From Octopus vulgaris (Eukaryota): a stretch of 64,000 bases of DNA. The position numbers were made by a program, and so were the translations under genes. The stretch spans positions 42,532,001 to 42,596,000 of the forward strand of contig OX597830.1 of assembly GCA_951406725.2 (NCBI GenBank), read 5' to 3'. The notes beneath the pieces were generated by a model. The model worked only from the letters and a program-made list of their open reading frames with translations, was not told the origin of the DNA and ran no database searches. This document shows positions 29,142 to 41,895 of the stretch, piece by piece (within the stretch, counting starts at the first letter, position 1; each line of letters opens with the position of its first letter).

Positions 29142-31317
29142 GTACCTTGACTTACGAGTGTCTCAACTAACGAGTTTTTTGAGATACGAGCTGTCGCTTG
29201 GCTGTTACTTGATAGCTAGACAGACATGCGCATTAGCAAGTACGAAAACCGTTAGTGGATCGTTAGCTAAACGGGTGGTAAAATGCTTACTTAGTTATTG
29301 CAGGCTACAGAAACATCAGTCTTGTGCTCACAACTGTGCTTGCAGTTATTTTGCAAAACTTTGTTTTTCCAACCATGGGTCTGAAGAAAGTGAGTGCGAA
29401 GGATTGCTAAGAAGAAGAAGCGGATGATGTGCATTGAATGAAAGAAATTAATCGGAAAACCAAAATGTGTGTGTAGTTTACATGGTGAAGCAGTACGAGC
29501 GTAGCACTCCTACAATCTGCACCATACTGAAGCAGAAGGAGACGATAAAGGCTTTAACACCAGCCAAGGGCTTTAAAATGATTTCTAAACAACATATTTC
29601 TATCCACGAAATATGTAGAAGCTGCTGATAGTGTGGTTGATGGAGAAGCAGCACATAGGAGATACCATGACGGAGGCTATAATCTGCAAGAAGACATGAG
29701 CTATTTACACTGATTTGCTGCAGCAGACCTCAGGTACTTGTATGGATGAGACATTGGGTGAGCCGTTTAAAGCCAGTCGGGGCTGGTTCAAGAATTTTAA
29801 ATAGAGGACTGGCATTCACTCTCTTATCAGGCATGGTGAGTCAGTGAGTGCAGATATGAAGGCAGCTGAAGATTACCTCCAAACTTTTGCTGGAATTATA
29901 GTAGCTGAGGGATACAACCCCCAGCAAGTCTTCAATTGTGACAAGACAGGACTTTTTTGGAAGAAGATGCCAAGGAGGACTTATATAATGGCAGAGGAGA
30001 AGAGGATGCCATGCCACAAATCCATGAAGGATAGGCTAACTGTATGCCAATTTGAGAGGCGACTGCAAAATTAAGCTGCTGCTCGTTTATCATTCAGAAA
30101 ACCTCAGTCTTTAAGTTACATAAGATCCTGAAAGAAAACTGCACGTTATGTGGAGGGCAAATCCAAGGGCATGGGTCACCAGCTAGTTCCCAGGAGGAGT
30201 GGGTGAATTTGGTCTTTGGTCATGATATTAAAAAATATCTCCAGGAAAGTAACCTACCGCTGCAAGCCCTTCACGTCCGGGACAATGTACTTGCTCACCC
30301 ACCTAGCCTCAAAGATGACATCCTAGAAGGGTTCAAGTTTATAAAGGTTCTCTATCTTCTACCTAACACCACCCCTATCATGTAGCCCATGGACCAGCAA
30401 GAGATTTCTAATTTCAAGGAGCTCTTCACCAAGCACCTGTTCCACTGTTGCTTTGCGGTGACAGAGAGCACAAACCTCACCCTTCGAGAATTCTGGAAGG
30501 ACCACTATAACATTGTGATATGCCTCAGAATTATCGATATGGCCTGGCAAGGGGAAGTAACTCTCTGTAGCAATAATAACAATCCTTTCTTACTAAAGGC
30601 ACAAGGCCTACAAAGAGGACCTTGACCTCTAGTGAGGAAGAAGCTGTAGCTTGAAGTTGATTTTGAAACAGACTTTGAAAGACTCAAACCTGAAGTGGAA
30701 GTGGTAGAGGAGATTGTATCCTTTGGCAAGTCCATAGGCCTGGACATGGATGAAGGTAACATCAATGAGTTCATCAAGGAGCACTCTGAGGTGCTGATAA
30801 CAGAGGAGCTAAAGGAGCTACAGACACAGCAGCACATGGAGGTTTTGCAGGAAGTAGGCGATGTGGAGAAGGTTATCTCAACAAGTGCGATAAAGGAAAT
30901 GTTGGGAATATGGGGGAAACTTTCAGACTTTATTCAAAAGAAACACCCAGAAAATGTTGCAACTGGGCATGCAACGGCACTACTTAATGACACTTGCCTG
31001 GCTCATGTCAGAAACATTCTGTAGGAGAGGATGAAATATTGGACAGGTTTTTATAGAAAACTCCTGCAGATGAAAGTGATAAAAGCATGGTGAAAAGGGC
31101 AAAAGTCAGCAAAAAACGATTCAGTTATTCAGTTCAGTCTTTTTCCTCCACCTCCATCAGCACCCTCAAGTCGTCTTACCTCCAAGGTAAATACTTTACA
31201 TTATACTTAATAAAACCACTTCATTGAAGTACATTTTATTGTATTGTTTTTTGTTTTTTTTTATACAATATTCATTATTTATAAGTACATTTTTCTTATT
31301 TAAAAACATGTACCATT
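29137..31317 (+). mobile_element. decayed Tigger/pogo transposon (copy 2 of 19002-21180)
   Basis: Same ORF fragments (29844, 30203, 30389, 30695); cut off at the 3' side by a minus-strand family A SINE tail. Confidence 0.9.
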
Positions 31318-31580
31318 GTTTCAGTTATTTGCCTGTGGTAATGCTGGAGCACCACCTTTAATCGAGCAAATCGACCCCAGGACTTATTCTTTGTAAGCCT
31401 AGTACTTATTCTATTGGTCACTTCTGCTGAACTGCTAAGTTACAGGGATGTAAACACACCAGCATCAGTTGGTGGGGGGTGGGCAAGCACAGACACACAA
31501 ATATATACATACATACGTACATACATACATACATACATACATACATACGTACATACATACATACATACATATATATATAT

Positions 31581-31968
31581 ATAATCAAAATAAGCAACAA
31601 GGATATCTAGAGGTAATGCAGTACGATCATTTCTTGCGACTCCTGGTAAAACATGTTCTTTGTCTATCTCCTTATCCTCTTGGTGATTTTGGATTAAAAA
31701 AATTATACAAATGAGTCCTTCGAATTTGACCAGATTCTATATTTTTATGCAGCTGAAGATTGCTCTACATTTTAAATTGATGTAATGTTTGCATTGTTCA
31801 ATTAAATGGAGTTGCATGAAACGATCGTACTGCATTACCTCTCGATATCCTTGTTGCTTATTTTGATTATAATCACCTTATTTTAAATTATATGGATAAT
31901 ACCATACTAAATTCTGGTGCTTTCAACTTAAGTACCATATTCATCTGAATCTAAATTTTTACTGAACT

Positions 31969-31972
<4 letters not shown>
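31581..31972 (+). mobile_element. Penelope-like element fragment with inverted terminal segment
   Basis: 63-bp inverted repeat 31581-31643 / 31808-31870, embedded hammerhead motif, (TA)n flanks; this layout is typical of truncated Penelope pseudo-LTRs. Confidence 0.65.
31747..31835 (+). ncRNA. type I hammerhead ribozyme motif
   Basis: ATGCAG-CTGAAGA-[stem II]-GAAA-CGATCG-TA-CTGCAT: 6-bp stem I, complete CUGANGA/GAAA core, palindromic stem III, GUA cleavage triplet ending 31829. Confidence 0.75.
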
Positions 31973-32027
<55 letters not shown>

Positions 32028-32367
32028 GTTGGGAAGTAAGCTTCTTACCGCACGGCCACATTGTACCTAAATATATCATCATCATTATCATCATCATCAT
32101 CATTTAATGTCTGTTGTCCATGCTGGCATGGGTTGGATGATTTGACCAGAGCTGGCAAGCTGGGCAGCTGCACCAGGCTCCAGTCTGATTTGGCAGGGTT
32201 TCTACAGCTGGATGCTCTTCCTAACACCAACCACTTTACAGAGTTACTGGGTGCTTTTACGCGGAGCCCCACACAGGTGGTATTACGTGGTACCAGCACA
32301 GGACTCTTGTAGACCAATCGTTTTCACCAGGGGATGCAGCCTTAGCACTTCTGCTGTGAGGTAGGCA

Positions 32368-32415
<48 letters not shown>

Positions 32416-32419
32416 ATAC

Positions 32420-33350
32420 ATATGTACTCTTCATCAATGACCTCTTTTTTCCTCATCTATCAACTTTCCCTTTTTTCTTTGTTTATATTTAACTTTCTCT
32501 TCTTCCTTATTTCATCTCTCTCTTTCTTCTCTCCTCTCTTTCCTTTTCTTTCTTTCTCTCTCTCTCCCTCTCTCACTCACACACACACATACATACACAT
32601 TCTCTCCTTTTATTTCTTCATTATTTCTTTTTTCTTCCCTTCCTGTTTTCTCTCTAAACCATACAGTGACCCCCTCCTCTCTTTCTCTCTCTCTCTCTTC
32701 TCCGTTTTTCTTCCAATATTCCTCTTCCCTTCTTTTCTTCTTCTGTCTTTCCTATTAAGTTTCTACCTCCTACTTCTTCCTTTCCCTCCTCCTTCCTCAC
32801 TTTCTTCTGTACCCCATTTCTTCCACCACAATTATTCTCCCCACACCACTCAATACCAATTTTCTCCCTTTTCCCTCTTCCACTGTCTCAGTTCTACTCC
32901 CCTTCCTCAACCTACCATCACCACCATCACCAACTTCTTCCCTCTTCACTGACACTACAACCCAGCTCTTTAAACCCCTCTCTCTTCAGTTACTTCCTTC
33001 TCTTTCCACCAATTTTCTCTTACCATGCCCCTCTCCATTAAATCCCCCCAACCTTCTACATCCTTCTTACCTTCTCCCTCTCTGTCACATTTTTCTTCCC
33101 CACCATCACTATCACTACCACTAGCATTTTCACCTATCACATTCCCTCTGTCTACTACTCTTATTGGTCCTCTCTCTCTCTCTCCCTCTATTTCTCTGAC
33201 ATATTTAATCTTTCTATGTTTACTCTCACCAACACCAACACCAACACCACCACCACCACTAATTTTCTTCTCCCATCTTCCCTTTCATTACAACTATTAT
33301 CATCATTTTCTCTTTCTCTTCCCCTCTTATACCTCTCCTGCAACCACTAC
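32420..33350. repeat. ~930-bp pyrimidine-rich (C/T) low-complexity tract
   Basis: Almost G-free on + strand; source of the F/S/L/P-rich ORFs 32422 and 33025. Confidence 0.9.
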
Positions 33351-33603
33351 TATTAAGATGGCTGTACAATTTAATAACTTGAAGCAACTTACATTAACAA
33401 AATGTTGGCTTCCAGTTATCTGGTTTTAACTTAGATAATGGATAAATTAAAGTGTCCATTTTTTTCAATAATGTACAGATTGTTAGCATATATACATTAA
33501 GTATACTTTAAAGATTTGTTTAAAATTTCAGAAACTGCTTTCCAGTTTTTACTTTTGTATCTATATTTACTCCTGATAGGTATACATACATACAAACAGA
33601 CAT

Positions 33604-33609
<6 letters not shown>

Positions 33610-33673
<64 letters not shown>

Positions 33674-34105
33674 TAATAATAATAATCCTTTCTACTATAA
33701 GCACAAGGCCTGAAATTTTGAAGGAGAAGGCAAGTCAGTTACATAAACCCCAGTGCTCAACGGGTACTTAATTTATCAAGCCTTAAAGGATGAAAGGCAA
33801 AGTCAACCTCAGTGGAATTTGAACTGAAATCTAAAAGATGGATGAAATGTTGCTGAGCATTTTGCCTGATGTGCTAACGTTTCTGCTAGCTTGTAGCAAT
33901 AATAACAATCCTTTCTTACTAAAGGCACAAGGCCTGAAATTTGAGGGGAAGGGACTAGTTGGTTACATCAACTCCAGTGTTTCATCAACCCTTAAAGGAT
34001 GAAAGGCAAAGTTGACTATGGCAGAATTTGAACTCAGAACGTGCAGACAGACAAAGTTCCGCAAAGCATTTTGCCAGGTATGCCAACAACTCAGCCAGTT
34101 TGCCA

Positions 34106-34136
<31 letters not shown>

Positions 34137-34137
34137 G

Positions 34138-34178
<41 letters not shown>

Positions 34179-34840
34179 TCTTTCTATTGGAGGCACAAGG
34201 CCTCAAATCTGTGGGGAAGGGACTAGTTGATTGCATCAACCCCAGTATTTCACTGGTACTTAATTTATCAATCCCCCGAAAGGATGAAAGGCAAAGTCGA
34301 TCTCAGCAGAATTTGAACTCAGAACGTAGCAGCAGACGAAATACTGCTAAGCATTCCATCCAGCATGCTAACGATTCTGCCAGCTTGCTGCCTTAATAAT
34401 AATGATAATAATTAATTCAAATTTTTGTCATAAGGGCAGTTTGGGGGAGGAGGGGATGAGTCAATTACATCGACTCCAGTGTTCAACTGGTACTTATTTC
34501 ATCAACCTCTAAAAAGATGAAAGGCATAGCTGACCCCAGCAGAATTTGAACTCAGAATGTAAAGATAGATGAAATGCTGCTAATAATTGTGCCTGGTGTG
34601 CTAAGGATTCTGGCAGCTTGCCACTTTAGAGTAGGATAATACATTGGTTCCAAATCTTGGTACCAGACCAGCAAGTTCGGGGGAGAGTGTAAGTCGATTA
34701 CAATGACCCCAGTGTTTCACTGGTACTTAATTTATAAACTCCAAAAGGATGAAAGGCAAAATTGACCTCAGTGGAACTTGAACTCAGAACATAGCAACAG
34801 GCGAAATACTGCTAAGCATTTTGCCCAGCTTGCTGCCTTA
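33610..34840 (-). mobile_element. chain of five head-to-tail family B SINEs, the first three with (TTA)n-type tails
   Basis: Repeated AAGGCCTGAAATT...GGATGAAAGGCAAAGTC...TTTGAACTCAGAA...ATTCTGCCAGCT units at ~33685, 33900, 34178, 34420, 34650. Confidence 0.85.
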
Positions 34841-35036
34841 AAATGACTTACTATATTAAAAATGTATTTGAGATAGTGTAAACATTATCTGGTACAAAAC
34901 TCTATATGCTGAGTAGAGTAGACAGATATATGTTTATTAAAGCAAACGTTGACAGTATAATCTGAGTTAAACCCTTAACTGGGCTGTTTAAAACCCAGTC
35001 CAGAGTGAAACTGTCAGCTTCAAATATTATAAAGCA

Positions 35037-35100
<64 letters not shown>

Positions 35101-35529
35101 TTAGATAGATAAAGAGATAGATAGATAGATAGTTAGGTAGATAGGCAGAGAAAAAGAGAGGGAGAGAAATATATACATAGATTAATAGGCAGATAGATAC
35201 ACATATAAAAACATGCATGCATATTTACAAACACTTATGCACACACGCACACACACGCACACCTCATATCTTTAATCATTAACATCATTATTGTTTTAAC
35301 ATACTTTAAATATTTTGATTACAAGTTTTACTGAGACAGATTTTCTATGGCTTGATGCCCTTCCTGTTGCCAATACTGACCTATTAACAAACAAGATGAT
35401 ATCTACCCATTGCTGGGCGTTTTTAATGGCTTCTTTGAGTGTCCATCAACCAAATCCACTAACAATGTCTTGGTTGGCCTATTGTACAAGATTCCTGCCT
35501 AAGGTCCAGCCAGTGGGACTGAACCTGAT

Positions 35530-36599
<1,070 letters not shown>

Positions 36600-36631
36600 C
36601 ACACACATACATATATATCTATATCTATCTA

Positions 36632-36686
<55 letters not shown>

Positions 36687-37101
36687 GAAATTTACAGTAA
36701 AACAAAAGACGAAGACAGGTGTATGAACAACAAGCAGGTGTATTAGTTTGACGCTCAGGAAGGTGAGGAAGTCTCTTACATTTTGAGCCTACACTTGAAA
36801 GGAATATGAGGAAATAAACAGAGAGAGAATAAAATCCACTCACAAAGCTTTGATTGGCCCAAAGCTATAGTAAAAGACATATGCCCAAGTGTGTATTTAT
36901 ATATATATCTGTGTGTGTGTGTGTGAATATGTGTGTGTGAGTGTGTGTATTTACACACACACATAGAGATATATATATAAATACATACTTGGGCATATGT
37001 CTTCTACTATAGCTTTGGGCCAATCAAAGCTTTATGAGTGGATTTGGTAGATGGAAACTGAATGAAGCCAGTTGTATATAAATATATATATGTTATATAT
37101 G

Positions 37102-37178
<77 letters not shown>

Positions 37179-37303
37179 CTGTATGTATATATTTATGTGT
37201 GTCTGTGTCTTGGTGTCGATTCTTTGATTAAAAACCATTTTAAGGTGGTGCTCCAGCATGGTTGCAGTCAAATATCCGAAACAAGTAAATGAAAAGAATA
37301 AAA

Positions 37304-37344
<41 letters not shown>

Positions 37345-37555
37345 CCTAACAGTATGGAATTTTGTCAGTGAACAGCTCGTGGTCTCAAAACGATGAAAAA
37401 ATATTTTGGCAAATTAAATTTAAATGTCGAAGTGAATCTAACGGTTTATGTGTGTTTTTAAATGGCTTATAAACACCTTCCATGCTGCAGTTGTTTTAGT
37501 TTCAGCACAGGATCTCAGATCAGGTTACTTGCTATGCAAGTACATCTCTGTAATA
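37345..37555 (+). mobile_element. Penelope-like fragment with G3-C8 hammerhead-like motif
   Basis: TTTGTCA-GTGAACA-GCTCGT..ACGAT-GAAAAAATATT-TTGGCAAA; same family as 41259-41594. Confidence 0.55.
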
Positions 37556-37587
37556 TATATATATATATATATATATATAGTTGTACT

Positions 37588-39558
37588 AAATTTGTTTGAA
37601 CAATTTTTTGCTTATCAATGGTACAAATATTATCAATGGTACAAAATAAGAATTTAGAAGAGTGTTTAAAGTTGCAAGGTAAAAATTGAACAAACATATT
37701 TAAACCATTAAATGTTCAAATGTTCACAGAAATTTCAATGAGTTTCACAGGGATAGATAGTAATATCAATGTAAATGTTTTCAGTGAAGATCATAACAAA
37801 TGTACATTATTGAAAGTTCAGTCATATTGAATTTTTATTAAAGGATGTAGAGAAGCAAGAAAAAAGGTGGAGAGAAAGAAAAAAATGTTTTATTTATAAT
37901 TTCTGTCATGGTGCATGTACGAGGGTGAGTCAAAAAGTAATGCCATTTTGTTTAGGACAGGTATAATTTCCAGCACAGGAACATGTATCATACATCAAAA
38001 TGAAGCTGGTCCTCTGTGGATCACATCCCTACTTCTCAACATAGTCACTATTTCTCTCAATAGCAATGTTCCACCTTCGAATGAGAGCATGTATCCCTGC
38101 CCTGTAAAATTCTGTTGACTGTTCTTTGAGCTACTTCTGCACTACAGTTTTCACTTCCTCGTCACTGGACTATCATCTCTTCGACCCCATGAAAGAGGGT
38201 TTGAGAGGCAAACATTATTCCAGTGACAAGGAAGTGAAAACTGTAATGAAGTAGCTCAAAGAATAGTCAACAGAATTTTATGGGGCAGGGATACATGCTC
38301 TCATTCAAAGGTGGAATATTGCTATTGAGAGGAACAGTGACTATGTTGAGAAGTAGGGATGTGATCCACAGAGGACCAGCTTCATTTTGATGCATGATAC
38401 ATGTTCCTCTATTGGTAATTATACCTGTCCTAAACAAAATGGCATTACTTTTTGACTCACTCTTGTAGTTTTTTCAGTGTAAAACTCAGTGTACTGGTCT
38501 CTCTTTACCTTCACAGTTTGTTGGAGTTCAAAGTGCTTTGTGTCCAAATCATTTAGTATACATATATGCTTTTGCAGAAAAGGATCCAATTTTTGATTGG
38601 TTATAATTTTGATGACGTCTTATTCTTTTTGTTGTGGATGTTTTGGTCAAAATATTGTTGTTTGGTGAAGTTCTGCATTCTGCTTGGCTTAGTTGTAGGA
38701 AGGCAAAAACTTGTTTTTGCCTGATTGTCATCTAGTGTTCTGGGAACCAACCAATTGGAACCATCAAGCAAAAACAAGTTTTTGCCTTTCTATCTGGAAG
38801 TCAACCAAGCAGAATGCTGAACTTTACTGAAACAAAAATATTTTGTCCAAAACAAAATATTTTTGATCAAAATGAAGTGATGTCATGAAACCCACAATCA
38901 ATCAGAACTTATTCCTTGACTGTGGTCATCACTAGGAAGCCAATCAACCAAAACAAAAGACTTTGCCAAAACAAAAATATTTTGACCTAAACATCCACGA
39001 GAAAAAGAATAAGACATCGTAAAATTATAACCAATCAAAAATTGGATCCTTTTCCATAAACACATATATATGTTATATAATTTAATGGTAACATATATAC
39101 TAAAAGATTTGGACTCAAAGCACTTTGGACACCTGTGAAAGTGAAGAGACCAATAGACGTTCACTGAGACATTGAGAAAAGAACTACATGCACCATGGCA
39201 GAAATTTTAAATAAAGCAATTTTTCTTTATCTCTTCACCTTTTTCTCTTTCTTCTCAACGTTTTTTAATATAAAAACTCAATATGACTGAACTTTCAATA
39301 ATGTACATTTGTACATTTCATGGTTTAAACATGTTTGTCCAATTTTTACCTTGTAACTTTAATCTCTCCTAAATGCCTTTATTTATATATGTGTATTATT
39401 GATAAACAAAAAATTGCTGAAACTAGTTTGGTCTGTGAATAAATCTATTACAAAATTTTAAAATGACTACACGTTTTTAGATGTAGGTCCATTTTCAAGC
39501 CCAAAACAAAAGCAAATTCTCCTATATTTTTTCCTTTGTTGGAATGCACTTCTTTCCA
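37588..39558. mobile_element. large degenerate fold-back element (long inverted arms, centre ~38744)
   Basis: AAAAGGATCCAATTTTTGATTGGTTATAATTTT (~38578) pairs with AAAATTATAACCAATCAAAATTGGATCCTTTT (~39021); CAAATGTACATTATTGAAAGTTCAGTCATATTGA (~37797) pairs with ~39278-39311; third arm copy at 47841-48192. Confidence 0.75.
37920..38465. mobile_element. mariner-derived MITE (~250-bp inverted arms, TA TSD) nested in the fold-back
   Basis: TA|CGAGGGTGAGTCAAAAAGTAATGCC ... GGCATTACTTTTTGACTCACTCTTG|TA; spacer plus right arm read DYHLFDPMKEGLRGKHY..FYGAGIHALIQRW..DYVEK (mariner transposase C-terminus). Confidence 0.92.
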
Positions 39559-39563
39559 TGTAT

Positions 39564-39598
<35 letters not shown>

Positions 39599-40638
39599 CA
39601 TGCATGTGTGTGTTTGTGCTTGTGTGTGTGTGTTTGTATGTGTGTGTATCTATATATTTGTGGGTGTGTATATATGTATGTGTCTATCTGTATTTATATA
39701 TAAATATATATTTCTTGATTCTCTGTTGGAAGAATTTCTAATAGGAAATGTTTTATCTGTTTATCTAACACATACAATAATTTTATAATTCTTATTAGTA
39801 AATGAAACATGTGTAATGGTGAATAAATGATACCAAAAACTTTATCCAACTTCCTGTTTTGATATCTTTTTATCTATCTATCTTCATATATATATAAATG
39901 AAAAAATTTGGAGTCAACAAGGATTATGGTTAGACATTTATTTTCAATCACTACAATTGTTAGTATGCAACATAGTTCAACAGGGTGCAGGTACTGGATG
40001 ATGCAAGCATTTCTCTGCATTATGAGATCTAGATGTGTTTCCTCAGGCGATATGTAAATATTGTTTCCGTAAATTCAAATTCTCAGCTTCAAGAGCATCC
40101 TCTCTCTCTATCATGGTTAGTAGTAGCTACTGAGATTATCAAAGTTGTGTTGTTGCCGAAGGACCATTGGCAATCTGCTTTGAATGTGTAGATGTAGTAG
40201 GATGGTGGTTCTGCTATTGTTAAAGTGGTTCCTGTTTTAAAGGGATTAACATTTGATGCCTTTGTACTGTTTTGTTCTTCATGGTTGGCTACACATGTAA
40301 TTGTCTTTAGCTAACCTTTAAGAATCAGGCCATACGTACACATACATGGCCGTTCACATATACATCCATATACCTACTAATGCACACACATGCACACACA
40401 CATACACAGGTTGGGAGAATTACATTGTCTAGAAACAATTGTAGTGATTGAAAATAAATATCCAACCATAATCTTTCTTGCTGATTTCAAATTTTTTCAG
40501 TTATCTATTCATACAATACAGAAGCCCAAATACAAACCTGGAAGTACGTTAATAGCACAGGGTAAATCTGAAGGTGGACAAGCTTTATACTGTACTCTAC
40601 CACATTCTTAAAGAATACACCATAACTACATATATTTG

Positions 40639-40671
<33 letters not shown>

Positions 40672-40730
40672 CCACCCATGCCACCATGGAAGGCAGATGT
40701 TAAATGATGATTACACACACACACAAACAC

Positions 40731-40823
<93 letters not shown>

Positions 40824-41258
40824 TAATCAAGGTGCAGGAATGGCATATTCCAAATGAACAAAGTAATGTAATTCAATGGTAGAAAGAATTCCATGAATTA
40901 GGTACTCCAAAGTCTGTCAGAAGGCAGGGGAGGTCCATGTGAGTGTGCGGTAAATAGTAAATCCCCCCCCAAAAAAATGAAGAACAAACACAAAAAAACA
41001 GCCACACGAGGACATAATACATGTAAAGTATCAGAAAACGCTCAAGGAAGGAAAGAAAGGTGGTTTTATGTTTCAAGCAAAGCTCTTCTTCCTTTTCTAT
41101 TGGACTTTCCTCTGTCTCCTGTTTGCAAAACATAAAACCATCTTTCTTTCCTTCCTTGAGCATCTGCTAATACTTTACATGTACCATGTCTTTGTGTTAT
41201 TGTTTGTTTGTGTTTGTTCTTGTTTTTTTTTTTTTTTGTGATTTACTATATATATGAG

Positions 41259-41590
41259 CAATTGTAGCGTGGAAGGTGTTTATAAGCCATTTAAAAACAC
41301 ACAAAACCGATAGATTCACTTCAACATTTAAATTTAATTTGCCAAAATATTTTCGTTGCATTGAGACCGCAAACTTTTCACTGACAAAATTCCATGCAGC
41401 ACGGAATTTTGCCAGTGAACAGGTTGCGGTCTCAATGTGAGGAATTTTGGCAAATTAAATTTAAATGTTGAAGTGAATCTAACGGTTTTGTGTGTTTTTA
41501 AGTGGCTTATAAACACCTTCCACGCTGCAATTGTTTTCATTCCTGCACACGATCTCAGATTAGGTCACTTACTATGCAAGTACATCTCCG

Positions 41591-41594
<4 letters not shown>
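41259..41594. mobile_element. palindromic Penelope-like fragment (two inverted copies, centre ~41397)
   Basis: CAATTGTAGCGTGGAAGGTGTTTATAAGCCA... pairs with ...TGGCTTATAAACACCTTCCACGCTGCAATTG (41259-41533); each arm has a degenerate hammerhead-like motif. Confidence 0.7.
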
Positions 41595-41634
<40 letters not shown>

Positions 41635-41747
41635 CACATATATGTATATATATATATATATAACATATATATATGTATATATATAGTATTTATATATATA
41701 CATATATATATAATATACATATATGTATATATAACTCATATATATAT

Positions 41748-41845
<98 letters not shown>

Positions 41846-41849
41846 TATG

Positions 41850-41895
<46 letters not shown>

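Larger units (their letters stand above)
21290..31326 (+). repeat. copy 2 of the direct duplication (probable haplotype B)
   Basis: Begins at the gap edge with the sequence of 9960; ends CATTGTTTCAGTT at 31326; differs by SNPs, microsatellite lengths and a few indels. Confidence 0.95.

Noticed and set aside
32422-33429. Hydrophobic 176-aa and 134-aa ORFs resembling membrane proteins
   Set aside because: By-product of a C/T-rich low-complexity tract.
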